Position numbers and translations under genes: made by a program
Notes under the pieces: generated by a model
Database searches by the model: none
What the model was told of the DNA's origin: nothing
The model's input: only the letters and a program-made list of their open reading frames with translations
Assembly: GCA_040954595.2 (NCBI GenBank)
Contig: CM082589.2
Coordinates: forward strand, 9,746,894-9,810,893
Length of the DNA: 64,000 nucleotides
Reading direction: 5' to 3'
DNA from: Balanoglossus misakiensis
Taxonomy: Eukaryota; Animalia; Hemichordata
Shown here: in pieces, positions 53,659 to 64,000 of the stretch
Layout of the letters: every line of letters begins with the position of its first letter
Numbering within the stretch: the stretch's first letter is position 1

Positions 53659-55758
53659 GTTTTGATCCTGGTCTTTCAATCAGATTTGAGAATATCCCAG
53701 AAAGACCATTCTTCATTTCTTTGTTTTGTACAAACCTCAGTACTGTAATTTTCCTCATAAACTGTATTTCTACTGACCTGTTATTAGTGGGAATATCCCC
53801 AAAATACCCATTATATCTCTCAAAAGGGAAGCACCAAAATGCACTAATGGGTCCATAGTCAAATAAACACTCTCTCAGATGACACACAAGGTGCATGTTT
53901 GGAGTAATCATTTTCTTACTATACAGCGTCTCACACTTAATGCAAAAGTTCAATAACAAGATGTCAGCTTTTCTGATATCAGCTTCACACAGGTATGGCT
54001 TGCATAATATTTTACAGGCTAAAACAAACCGTTCCCAACATAATAAGTGATTCTCAGGAATAAGCCCATTCAAGCAGTACATGGAAAAAACAGTAATCCA
54101 ATACTTCCATTCATCAGCAGAAAATTTCCCATAATTTGAAGCAATTTTATTGGGTATCCTACCAATGTCACATGCTACTGTCATGGACTGTATTCTATTT
54201 TGAAGAACACTAAGTTTTTTGGGTGATAAGAACATATCTAGATATACCTTGAACATCTTTTTACCAATCCCAAGAAATAAGTTATGCATTGGATCAATTG
54301 AAATCATCTTAACACAATCAAAGTATGGTAGCTCAACAAGAACAGAGTAATATGTCCCATACTTCTGAGAAAGCCTGTTAGATTCTTTGACAGTTTTACA
54401 ATTATTTACATCATGGGCATATTTATTATGCTTTGCCTTTGTTCTCTTTGGCCAGTTATCCCTGTCAAAGCCAGAGTAGTCCTTCTTTTCTCCAAAGCCA
54501 CCAGGAAATACTTTATAACACTTTGAACAACCAACACTGGCTGCATGAGACTTGAAACCACCTATTTTTCTGGCAGCAGGTATATCTGACACAACAGAAA
54601 GTAGAGCTGCTCTTACTTTGACAGGGACACTTGATGAACTGGTTCCTAAATTCAAACCTTTCCAAAGTTTCTGTAATTCACTGACAAAAGGCTGGAGAAA
54701 AGAATTCAAACTGAATGGTTCTTTATCAAGAGGAGGTAGGATTCCAGCAACTATAACGTTTTCAAACTTAAAGCGGATTACCCGTGGCATATTTAGTATC
54801 ACAAAATATATCACACCAACAGAGTAATCATTTCTGTTTTTGAAGGGTTGAAACCAATCAACATTCATTGATAATGCTAAATTCCATTCTTTTGCTAGAA
54901 AATCTTCACCATCATAAGTTTGAAATTCTTTCCATATGTTGCCATCATAAATATCTGTATATATTTTGTTACCTTCACAGTCTGTTTGTTCTGTATGTTT
55001 CTCTCTCCATTCTTCTAGTTTAGCAGGTATGTCTGCACGAAGCAAGATACTTTCTATTGAGTCAATAAGACTGACATATGAGAACACTTTCATTGGATAG
55101 AATCTAACAGTCCCATTTAAAATCACATGCTTTGCAAGTGGCTGTCCACACTTTACTTGTTTCCCATTCTTAAATCTCTTCTTGTCACAACATTTGGCAA
55201 AGAATCTGCCATTCTGTCTAACAGCAAGGTTATCAATATCATGCAATGTAGCACATCTAGGATTTGGACAAACAGCTTTCTTAAGGAAATCATCCCTGTC
55301 AAGGTTCACACACTGACGAAGCATATACAGAGATGCTGGTAAACACACAGCAAGTTCAGTTATATATTCATTATGCACAGTTACCCCAATGATGTTAAAA
55401 ACAGTTGACAGAAACTGTAAAAGCCATGACAAACAATTATCACTGACATGACAGCTGGCTTGCCAATACAACAGAAAATAAAGAATCCATGAAACCAACT
55501 CATTTACTTTAGCTATTTTGGACCTGTGTCTTTGAACCAATAAAGGTTGACCCAAATCTTGTAGAAATTCTTCTTCGTTTTCCTCTTCCCAAATTACCCC
55601 ACCATCATCGTCTTCACTATCACTAGATGAAATTGCAGCTTCCTGGACTTGACTTGCCCTACCACTTATACCATCTTCAGTATCGCTGAACGCTGACTCC
55701 TCTCCTGAGATGTCACTATCAGAGCCAGACCACTATGAAAAAGGGAAAGATATATAAT

Positions 55759-55850
55759 AGATTTAATTTTAATCACCAAGTTTACAATGTCATCATGGTT
55801 TGGCAGATTTAATTTCAATCACCAAGTTTACAATGTCATCATGGTTTGGC
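55759..55850. repeat. 46-bp tandem duplication in transposase intron 3
   Basis: AGATTTAATTT[T/C]AATCACCAAGTTTACAATGTCATCATGGTTTGGC twice. Confidence 0.9.
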
Positions 55851-56011
55851 ATAGACAACCAACCAGTCAGATATTCTTACAAAGTCAAAGAGACATTTTT
55901 CAATGTGGCTTGATATACCAAATAAAATCTTGTAAGTTGCTTCAAATTGCCAGGTAAAATATGTCATTGTTAAACAATACTATTTTGCCTTATGGCATTC
56001 TCTTTGTAATA

Positions 56012-56184
56012 CTGTAAAAACGGGAAATTTTCCGGCGATATCAAGAGACAACTGTTATGTTCTCATAATTCACTGCATGATTATCTCAGAAAAACATTTT
56101 ACACGACAGTTTGTTGTCGCGTTTATTTTGACTGTTGCGTAGTTTGCAAAAATGTATCATTCGTAAAAAATTCCTGTTTTAAAG
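56012..56184. mobile_element. Degenerate TA-flanked MITE in transposase intron 3
   Basis: ta|CTGTAAAAACGGGAAATTTT...AAAAATTCCTGTTTTAAAG|ta, the same type as 10562-10768. Confidence 0.55.
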
Positions 56185-58103
56185 TATGTAATGTCTTGCT
56201 TGCCACCAAACCAGTAACAGTACCATAACACCAACTGTGTTGACAGTGTACATAGTCTAAATTCATGGGATGGATTGAGTAATTACCTGCAAATCCCAGT
56301 CCGAGTCATCCTTATTCAACAACCCTCCGTCTTCAGTGACATTCTCACTTGATGCAGTGGATATATTAGGAGTACTGGCCTGTGCCTTCTTTATCAGATG
56401 ACACCTAAAAGCTGATTCCAAAGGAGAGCCTGGTGACATCATAAAAGGTTCAGCATCTGGGATACCACATCCTGGAAAGAACAAACACGTACATGTTGTT
56501 GTTACAAACATCACAAAATAACCAGAGCATGACACTAACAATATTTTTTTAAATAGTTGATAAGAAAACTAGATGCCAGCAAGAATTCTGCTTGGACCAG
56601 TTCAACTCAAACACACATATGGTCACACCGATAGATGCAAGCGAACTATACACTTTACAGTGACCCCCCCCCCGAAGAGAGTGTACACTATATTTGCATG
56701 TTTTTGAAATCACACTTAAACAAAAAAACTACACAGCAACATATTCTACATCTACGCACCATGTGACAAAATGGTGCTGGCATACAATGTTAGGAGACCA
56801 CTGGCAGAAAAAGTAGGCAACTGAAATTGGGCAATGTCAGAACTAAATAAATGTTGCAGTTAAATTACCATTATCATCAGAGCTTTCAGTATCCAGTGGG
56901 TTCTTTGTATGAATCATTGTAATTTTCCGTCTGGATTTTGATGATCTTTTTTCATGTATATGTACCTCCCAGGAACAGGATTGATAATTGAAATATGTTC
57001 TTTTATGTCTCAAAAAGTTTCTTGTACTGAAGGTCTCATGACACACTGGACACACACGACCTCTCTTTGGTGTTTGAAAATCCTATAAATAAAAGAAAAG
57101 TTGTCATTAATTTTTCAAAACATTGTGCAAATTGGACTTGATACCAATTTCTTTACAATCACAGCCATAAATTTTCAAACTTTGTAGAACCAAATTGATA
57201 ACTGGACTTCTTGGAAAATCACTACCTACGCATGAAACCCTATTTTGCATCGCTTCTGGTTTTACAATGAAATTTGGCAAGTATGCATAAATTCTATCTT
57301 TCAAGCACCGTATAGCAACATTTATTATATGCTTTGAACTATATTGTGTAACAACGATACATATAAGCATTGAAACTTACCATTTCATGAATGTCTTGGG
57401 AGTAAATCACTCAAGGGTGAATATGAGGCATTCAAAAGCAAACATAAAGCTACTGTCAAAATCCAAGTGCAGGTGACAGATACAGGAAACTGGTTTGCTG
57501 TAATATTGCAGTTGCTGTTGAAACAGAAGTAATAAAAAACGTTAATGTTAAAAGTCATTGTACATTTAATTTCAGTATGCGACCAACTGGTATGATATTC
57601 AACTGAATTATCAAAACACAACTTCAGAAAATGTTAGACATGTTCTACTTATTGTTGCCAACTCTTTCTAATTATCATGATCCTTATGTAAAATTTGAAG
57701 AGGAAAATTGCTTGGTTGACACATATTTGAGACCACAATATCCACGTGCTAGTATATATATTGCTTTCCTGTAAAGCTACATCAGCAAGTACAAGTAAAA
57801 GCAGCTGAGCATTCTGCCATTGCTACTCCAGTCTGACTCAACCATGCAGCATTGTCTCTCGTATGCACATACATGTAGTTTACACACCCTAACACGTTGA
57901 TCATTCCAGAGTACATATACACTGTATCTACATTTAGACTCTATCTTTGGACATATATACTTACTAGCTGCCTTAAATTATATTATAATTAATCATGTGT
58001 GTCATACAAGCCTCACACATGACCGAGGCTATCAAAATCATGCTTAGTTGGAACTCGAAACCCCGACTGATGCAACCGCAGTATATAGTAGAAAGGTTTG
58101 TAA

Positions 58104-58324
58104 GGGGTAGACCATTTGATTCATGGGAGCTGGAGGAATTATTTCCCAAATGGTGACTGTTGAGCATTTAATTTTTTGGTATTGTTCAACCAGGTTTTTC
58201 AAAGCTTTGTCGGAATCATACTTGTTTGTTTTTTACTTAGCCCGCACGAACATTTTTTTTCCCGGCTAAAAAAAAAACTTTCGACAATTTTGTCTTCACC
58301 CTCTGAAATCAAGTGGTCCACCCC
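58104..58324. mobile_element. PIF/Harbinger-type (Tourist-like) MITE, 221 bp
   Basis: TAA|GGGGTAGACCATTTGATT...AATCAAGTGGTCCACCCC|TAA. TIR matches at 16/18, with a TAA TSD. Confidence 0.8.
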
Positions 58325-58645
58325 TAACGAAGCGGAAAGGGCAGAATGCGATTGTTAAACATATGTTCGGATGGCGATTTTGCCACTTACTATCAATAAA
58401 TATTTACCGACAACCACCTAATCAAAGCTTTGCGATATCTAGTCTTTGATCCGCGGCAAGAACTTATCAAATTTAAAGCTAAAAGGTAAACGGACAGGGG
58501 TTTAGTTTTGTTTTACATCGGCTACATCAGTCGCGGCTCCGCGTGCGTCTCACGCGATCGTACGCCTACTGCGCCCGGCCCGGGTCCAAAGATAATGATG
58601 CCCACTCCTCCAGACAAATATCAACAATTTAACAAGGATACGTAC

Positions 58646-59009
58646 CTTGAGCCACGTTTGCGTTTCGATCATTGGACTCAGGAGTGAGAAACCTCGAAGC
58701 ACAGTCAGTGAAGCACAGTATGATGTTCGTAGCGTCTTTCAGAAGCGTCCTGTAGCGTCTGATCGACGCATGTTGACATTAAAAACACCGGATGTTTATC
58801 AAGTTTATTGTACAGGCACGGAATCCTTGAGACACGTGATTGTGAATTTAACGTTGATTGGTTATTAGTTCGGGGATATTCTTACAACCAATCAAAGTTG
58901 CTGCCTTTGACTTTTGCGGGAATTTTGAAAAGTCAACCTTTCCTCAGCAGTATAAATACCATGTCGTTTATTACAACAAACTCAGAAGTTCTTTGCATCG
59001 TCTTCAACT
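58646..59009. promoter_or_regulatory. Putative bidirectional promoter between the CACTA transposase and partner gene
   Basis: CpG-rich. ATTGG at 58671 and 58857, CCAAT at 58888, TATAAATA at 58951, which is 59 bp before the ATG at 59010. A minus-strand splice donor AAG|gtacgt at 58646/58645 suggests a non-coding first exon of the transposase. Confidence 0.55.
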
Positions 59010-62000
59010 ATGAATGAAAATACGTTTTGTGGTTGCTCCGCGGCTCAACAAGTACCGGCAATGCAGATGTCCCTAAAGGTAATAGAAGAAAAACTCTCAG
59101 CGCTTCACGCAACATCAGCAGCCCGCAGAAAATCCAAGATACATGTTAGCAACATCGTGTCTGTGAGTATGATTCTTTCTTTTTAAATACAACTCTCGCA
59201 CCATAGTTAATCGTCCGTTGTTTAACATTAATGCAATGGGACACACGGGCAACCTGAAGTTGTCCTACGGGGCCATAAGCCGATCGGAGCAGACCTCGGT
59301 ATTAGCATGGAGGTCTGTGGTTGTAGCTTTATGGTAGGTCTCAATGGAAGGTGATCAGTACGTGGTATAATAATAAAGTACTGTAAAACAGGTTATTTTC
59401 GTGACAGGAAATGTTTGGCTCTCGCGTATTTCGCGACCGATCACGAAGCGATCTTTTCGCGTGCCTGTGTGTGTAGGTCTTTACCGAGACACGCACCTGC
59501 TATTTCCAGCTACGGACCGGGGGACTGAAGCTTCGCAAGCACATAAAGCGTGACGCTTGTTGGTACGCATAATTAAGCTTCCTGAGGTCGTCAAATAGGG
59601 GTAGCCTGACACGGCCGTCGCGTACATTTCTTTTTAACATCGCGTACATTTTGCGACTCGGTGTGGAAGGGCTCTTATGTTTGAAAGATTTTAGGAGAAC
59701 TTATAAATTGAACACTGAAATACTCAGTCGTCACCTGATAAATGTCAGAGGTCAATACTAGTATCACAGTTTGAATTTGCATATGTCATTAATGCTACAC
59801 ATTCCTGACAAAGCTACCAAACAATAGCATTACAATAGCATTGTTTAACAATCTGTGCGTCAGTGTCTCTTGTTGTGACCATTGGTTATAATGGGGTACA
59901 AGCTTTAATTATATGGTGGTCACACAGGGAATAAATATGTGTGAATGAAATGCTTCAGATTTGAGACGCTTTTTTCAGGCCAGACCTGAGCTTGTGTAAC
60001 TAAGGATTAACACCTCCAACCTATCTGTTTGGGGCCAGGTGTCAGGTGGACTCATACAATGTCAGGTGTTTAATTTTACCCAGTGTGACACTTGGGCTAC
60101 TTTTTCAGTATTTTTGTGGTTAATTTCTAAAATATGCATAACATTTTGACCTTTTTGTGCGGAACCACATGTTGCATAAATGCTTCTTTTAGTAACCTTT
60201 ACAATGCAAATTTTGATAGTGGCCAGTGCTGTGCAAAAGATACATTTCAAGGAATATGCACTTAGGCCTATCTATGCCTAGCCTGGTCACCATACCCAGC
60301 GTGTTTTCGATGTGTGTGAGTCTATCTAAAACACACTGGGTATGGTGACCAGGCTAATCTATGCCATAAATGTTGATTGATAGGGTGATTGAAGCAAACA
60401 AATGAACTGTCAGAATGTTTTAAATAAAAATGATTTAACAATTTTACTAAATAGTACTTTATATTTTCACCCCAGAGAACAGTCCGTGCAAAGTACAACT
60501 TACTGAGGCAGAGGGATGACTTTCCTGGTCTTAATGTCACTGAGAGGTATTTACATTTCTTCTCTATTTTTAATGTTGTGAAGTACAGGTGGACCTTTTG
60601 TATAGGGATAAACTGTGTTTACGCCATCTTGAAAATTTGCAGTGCATTATGGGTCACTTGAGTTCCGGTTGAGGGGGAGTAGCGCCTACAACCTATCCAT
60701 TTTTTCCTGCGGTTTGGTCAGATTTTCTTCAAGTAACTACTACTACTAACGTTACTTGAAGAAAATCTGACTAAACCGCTGGAAAATTGGATAGGTAAGG
60801 TTGTAGACGCTACTCCCCCTCAACCGGAACTCAATTGACCCATAATGCACTGCAAATTTTCAAGATGGCGTAAACACAGTTTATCCCTACATGTATGTTA
60901 TTCAAGTTTTCAGTTGTAAAGGTCTTCATCAATTTAAAGATATACATTCCAAGTTGTAAGAATGAAATTTCTCACGGTCCAAAATTGCCTTCCCATTCAG
61001 CGTGAATTTGATAACTTATACGTGTAATGGCATTCTTTCTATTCACAACTACACAATGATATGTTAGTAATAAAATGTTCCTGTTAAATTAAATTGATCA
61101 TTTTTCCATCACAGAAGCCAGTGGATTATGTTTTTATCTTTGAATTGTGCTGATGACTTTGCATGCCCCATACAATAGTTTTTTTGACACAAGAATTAAG
61201 TTTACTTATTTAAGATACAATAAATCTATATAATTATACCTGCATCCGTCAGGGGGCTGAAATGACACAACACTATATAGTGATAGGACACTGAAACTTG
61301 GGTTTAGGGGCCACATTGATGTGGGTCATTGAAAAGAGAGGCCGCATCGACCTAGGCTGGAACATGTTGGGGCCAGAATTCTAGAAGCCACATACTTCAT
61401 CTGTTTAGCCTAGGATAACTTGACAAAAAATAATTAAATGGTTCATGAAATTTCTCTCTTTTTTTATAGATTTGATGCTGTGGAGAACCAGCAATCATGT
61501 GAAATCTTGCTGCAGGAGTTAAGATGTGATGACATCAACACACTCGAGGCCAAAGGTAAATGGATTTTGATTATGATATAACATTAAATATCTGATACTT
61601 TTAATTAATATTGCAAAATCACAACCCTTTGCGTTAGATCATGGAGGCACTCTTAGTACCGCCATGGTTGGATCAAAGGAAAGTCCTCTACTTACTTGAG
61701 CTGGACATATTTACTTATAATATGCTCACATTCCTTCTAAAGTTGAAGCTTTAAGGAGATGCTAACATGACACATACAAAAGTAAAAACAACTTAGGCTG
61801 CTTGCTAATTTTCTGTTAATTCCTATTACAGAAGCAATCAGAACATTTTTTCGGGGGCAAAAGAACAAACATCGGTTGAACAGCCAAGGAAAGACAGAGG
61901 CCCACAAACAAACATGCCGTCGACAGGGGCGTAAAAGAGAGGTGAGTAGCTTCAAATTTATGTCTAATACTGTTGTATGTACCAGTTAGGTGACTGCGAA

Positions 62001-62573
62001 AGTTCCATCTGTTAATGTAACAATTGGGTTCGTTGAGTAATATTCTTGTCTTTTTTGTTAGAGATTTTTTATATATAAACAATTACAAATCCAATGATGG
62101 CAATAGGATCTTGTTAAATATGAGCTCTACGTTGATTTTTTATTGACAAATCCTATGTTGTTCATTTTCAGAAACTCAAACAGCTTCAGTCCTCCCTGAC
62201 ATCGGTTGACTGGCCTGAAGAGGACAAGGAGAAAATTAAACGCGTACTAACAGCTGAGTATATCTCCTCGGAAGAGAGCGATTTTGATGATGAGGGGAAG
62301 ATCAAGCAATACATAAGACGTCCTCTGACCTGGGAAAGGAAAAAGTTGCGTAAAAGCAAAAAACAGTTAATGGACATTTATTTAAAATCTCTATCGGCAA
62401 AGCAGCGCCAGCTTCGCCTTCCCAGGTCAGATGGACCCCCCTCTTCCAGGGAGCGGCCTGACTACCCAGAGGATTGGGCAGTCAGGGTTGCGTCTGGGTT
62501 AAGTCCAGATGATTCTGCGTCTTCTTCTGGAACCACAGGTTCTCTGGAGGAGGGATGTACTAGTCCCCACTGA
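59010..62573 (+). CDS. CACTA second gene, 273 aa, C14orf93-like C-terminal domain; exons 59010-59162, 60476-60546, 61470-61555, 61832-61941, 62172-62573
   Basis: Four GT-AG introns with matching phases (0,2,1,0) give a stop-free 822-nt CDS: MNENTFCGCS...EAIRTFFRGQK...CRRQGRKREKLKQL...EYISSEESD...YIRRPLTWERKKL...GPPSSRERP..PEDWAV. AATAAA at ~62772. Confidence 0.88.
60279..60356. mobile_element. 78-bp hairpin element, TAG...CTA termini, 9-bp TSD
   Basis: TAGCCTGGTCACCATACCCAG...CTGGGTATGGTGACCAGGCTA, with perfect TSD ATCTATGCC at 60270-60278 and 60357-60365. Confidence 0.92.
60605..60887. mobile_element. 283-bp fold-back MITE flanked by TA in partner-gene intron 2
   Basis: ~133-bp arms GGGATAAACTGTGTTTACGCCATCTTG...CTTCAAGTAAC and their reverse complement around a TACTACTACTAAC loop. 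TA on both sides. Confidence 0.92.
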
Positions 62574-63219
62574 TTGATATTGTACTTCATTTTATAATGT
62601 GTTTATTTATTTTGTTTTTCTATTTTTAACTAAATATTTCTACTTGACTTTTCATTTTTAATGACATTTGAAATTACTTTAGAATTGTTTTTACTTGTGT
62701 TTGTGATTTTTATTTAAGTTCGTATTTTAGTTCGTAAAGGTTATTCTTTCAGTTTTTTTACTTTCTAGTTTAATAAATTTTTCATTATATTGTAAATAGT
62801 AGTACTTATAGTAATAAAAAATCATAGAATTCATGACAATGTCCCACTGCATGTATATATATAGCTTGTGTATGTGTGATCTATTTGACGGTGGTGGAGT
62901 GTACTGGTACATGTGCAGGAATGAAAAGATTGGCTGAAGACAAAGCTGGCCACAGAAAAGAACTATCACTAACATATATTCTACCCTTTAGTTATACATG
63001 AAACAATAAGTGTACTGGACAAAGGAGGTATAAGTCTTTCATTGTTAATGACACTTATTCCCCCAACATTCGTAAACTCACTGTGGATAAAGTGAATATT
63101 CCAAAAGGAGAAATGAGAATCAGAAGCCAAAGCAAATATTCTGATCATTCTGACATAAAGCTGTATAAACGTGACGCTAGGTGTATAGAAATTCATCCTT
63201 TTATTCACCTTTATTAGAA

Positions 63220-63433
63220 TGCATAAATGTGATGCAAGGTGTACATGAATTATTCACCCTTATGAGAGTGCATAAAGGTGATTATTTGTGGTAAGCCATT
63301 ATACCAATTTATAGAGTTGCATAAAGATGTATAAATGAATATCTTTATGCTGCATAAAGATGATTGCAAGAACAGCTTTAATCATATTTATACCAACTTT
63401 AAGCATTGCATAAACCTGGGCTTTCATCCTGTG
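63220..63433. repeat. Right subterminal repeats and terminus of the CACTA element
   Basis: TGCATAAA at 63220, 63269, 63318, 63351 and 63407. Ends TTTCATCCTGTG. Confidence 0.85.
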
Positions 63434-64000
63434 GTTCTTATGCGCATAGGCCTATCTATGTGTTATGCGCATCACAACAGAAATCGGTAAATAAACGAGG
63501 CTGTATTTGGAAGCAACCATGAAATTTTACAACTATCCGTCGATCTACAGAGTCTGGTGGAAAACTTCCTTATGCGCATAGACCTATTACGTGTTCTGCG
63601 CCTCACAACAGAATTCGGTAAATAAACGAGGCTGTTTGGAAGCAACCATGGACATTGTACAACTATCCGTCGATCTACAGAGTCTAGTGGAAAACGTTCT
63701 TATGCGCATAGGCCTATCTATGTGTTATGCGCATCACAACAGAAATCGGTAAATAAACGAGGCTGTATTTGGAAGCAACCATGAAATTTTACAACTATCC
63801 GTCGATCTACAGAGTCTGGTGGAAAACTTCCTTATGCGCATATACCTATTACGTGTTCTGCGCCTCACAACAGAATTCGGTAAATAAACGAGGCTGTTTG
63901 GAAGCAACCATGGACATTGTACAACTATCCGTCGATCTACAAAGTCTAGTGGAAAACGTTCTTATGCGCATAGGCCTATCTATGTGTTATGCGCATCACA
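63434..64000 (+). repeat. ~131-bp satellite, resumed after the CACTA insertion (262-bp dimeric repeat)
   Basis: Continues in exact register with the unit cut at 45417. AAATCGGTAA at 63481 and 63743. Confidence 0.98.

Larger units (their letters stand above)
51814..57383 (-). pseudogene. EnSpm/CACTA Tnp2-family (Transposase_21-like) transposase, ~1031 aa, exons 57383-57381, 57082-56869, 56471-56287, 55732-51814; last exon interrupted by a 1216-bp insertion
   Basis: Motifs DIYDGNIW, MNVDWFQPF, SDIPAARKIGGF, GCSKC, IDPMHNL, TPNMHLVCH and YGPISAFWCFPFERYNG, plus an N-terminal CPVC..RHK..YF finger and an acidic linker. All three GT-AG introns are phase-compatible (0,1,0). Removing 52443-53658 and one TSD fuses ...IERPGSK|QDVCKAS... 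in frame. Confidence 0.93.
45418..63433. mobile_element. Complete EnSpm/CACTA (CMC) DNA transposon, 18,016 bp including nested insertions
   Basis: The satellite reads GGAAAAC-GTT|CACAGCACGAAA...TTTCATCCTGTG|GTT-CTTATGCG, giving a 3-bp TSD GTT and imperfect CACAG.A.GAAA termini. Subterminal TTTATGCA/TGCATAAA repeats occur at both ends. Encodes a Tnp2-type transposase. Confidence 0.95.

Noticed and set aside
58808-59017. 69-aa ORF or ATG at 58961 as the start of the partner gene
   Set aside because: It abuts the TATA box and stops at 59017. ATG 59010 gives the frame that splices through all exons.

Overview
This window is eukaryotic: it has spliceosomal introns and looks like a marine invertebrate genome (inferred). 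It contains no ordinary host gene and consists of transposons and satellite DNA. (1) 1-5293 is one end of a CAC-terminated DNA transposon. It carries an intron-containing ~875-aa DDE transposase with RAG1/Transib-like motif order on the minus strand, broken by three homopolymer frameshifts, lying tail-to-tail with an uncharacterised plus-strand partner gene. (2) This element interrupts a decayed Gmr1-type Gypsy pol (integrase before RT) at 5294-7303. (3) 7.3-11 kb is a cluster of nested non-autonomous elements with 9-bp, TTAA and TA target duplications. (4) 11293-41185 is a ~30-kb array of a 78-bp A-tract satellite with higher-order repeats and two subdomains, followed by a 238/239-bp repeat and a ~131-bp satellite. 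(5) The 131-bp satellite is split by a complete 18,016-bp EnSpm/CACTA-type element (45418-63433, 3-bp TSD GTT). It encodes a 4-exon ~1031-aa transposase knocked out by a 1216-bp insertion and a divergent 5-exon 273-aa C14orf93-like partner, and it carries ~5.5 kb of decayed hAT cargo between its outer end and a relic internal end. Most ORF-track entries between 11 and 45 kb are satellite artefacts. All family assignments come from motif recognition by eye, not database searches.
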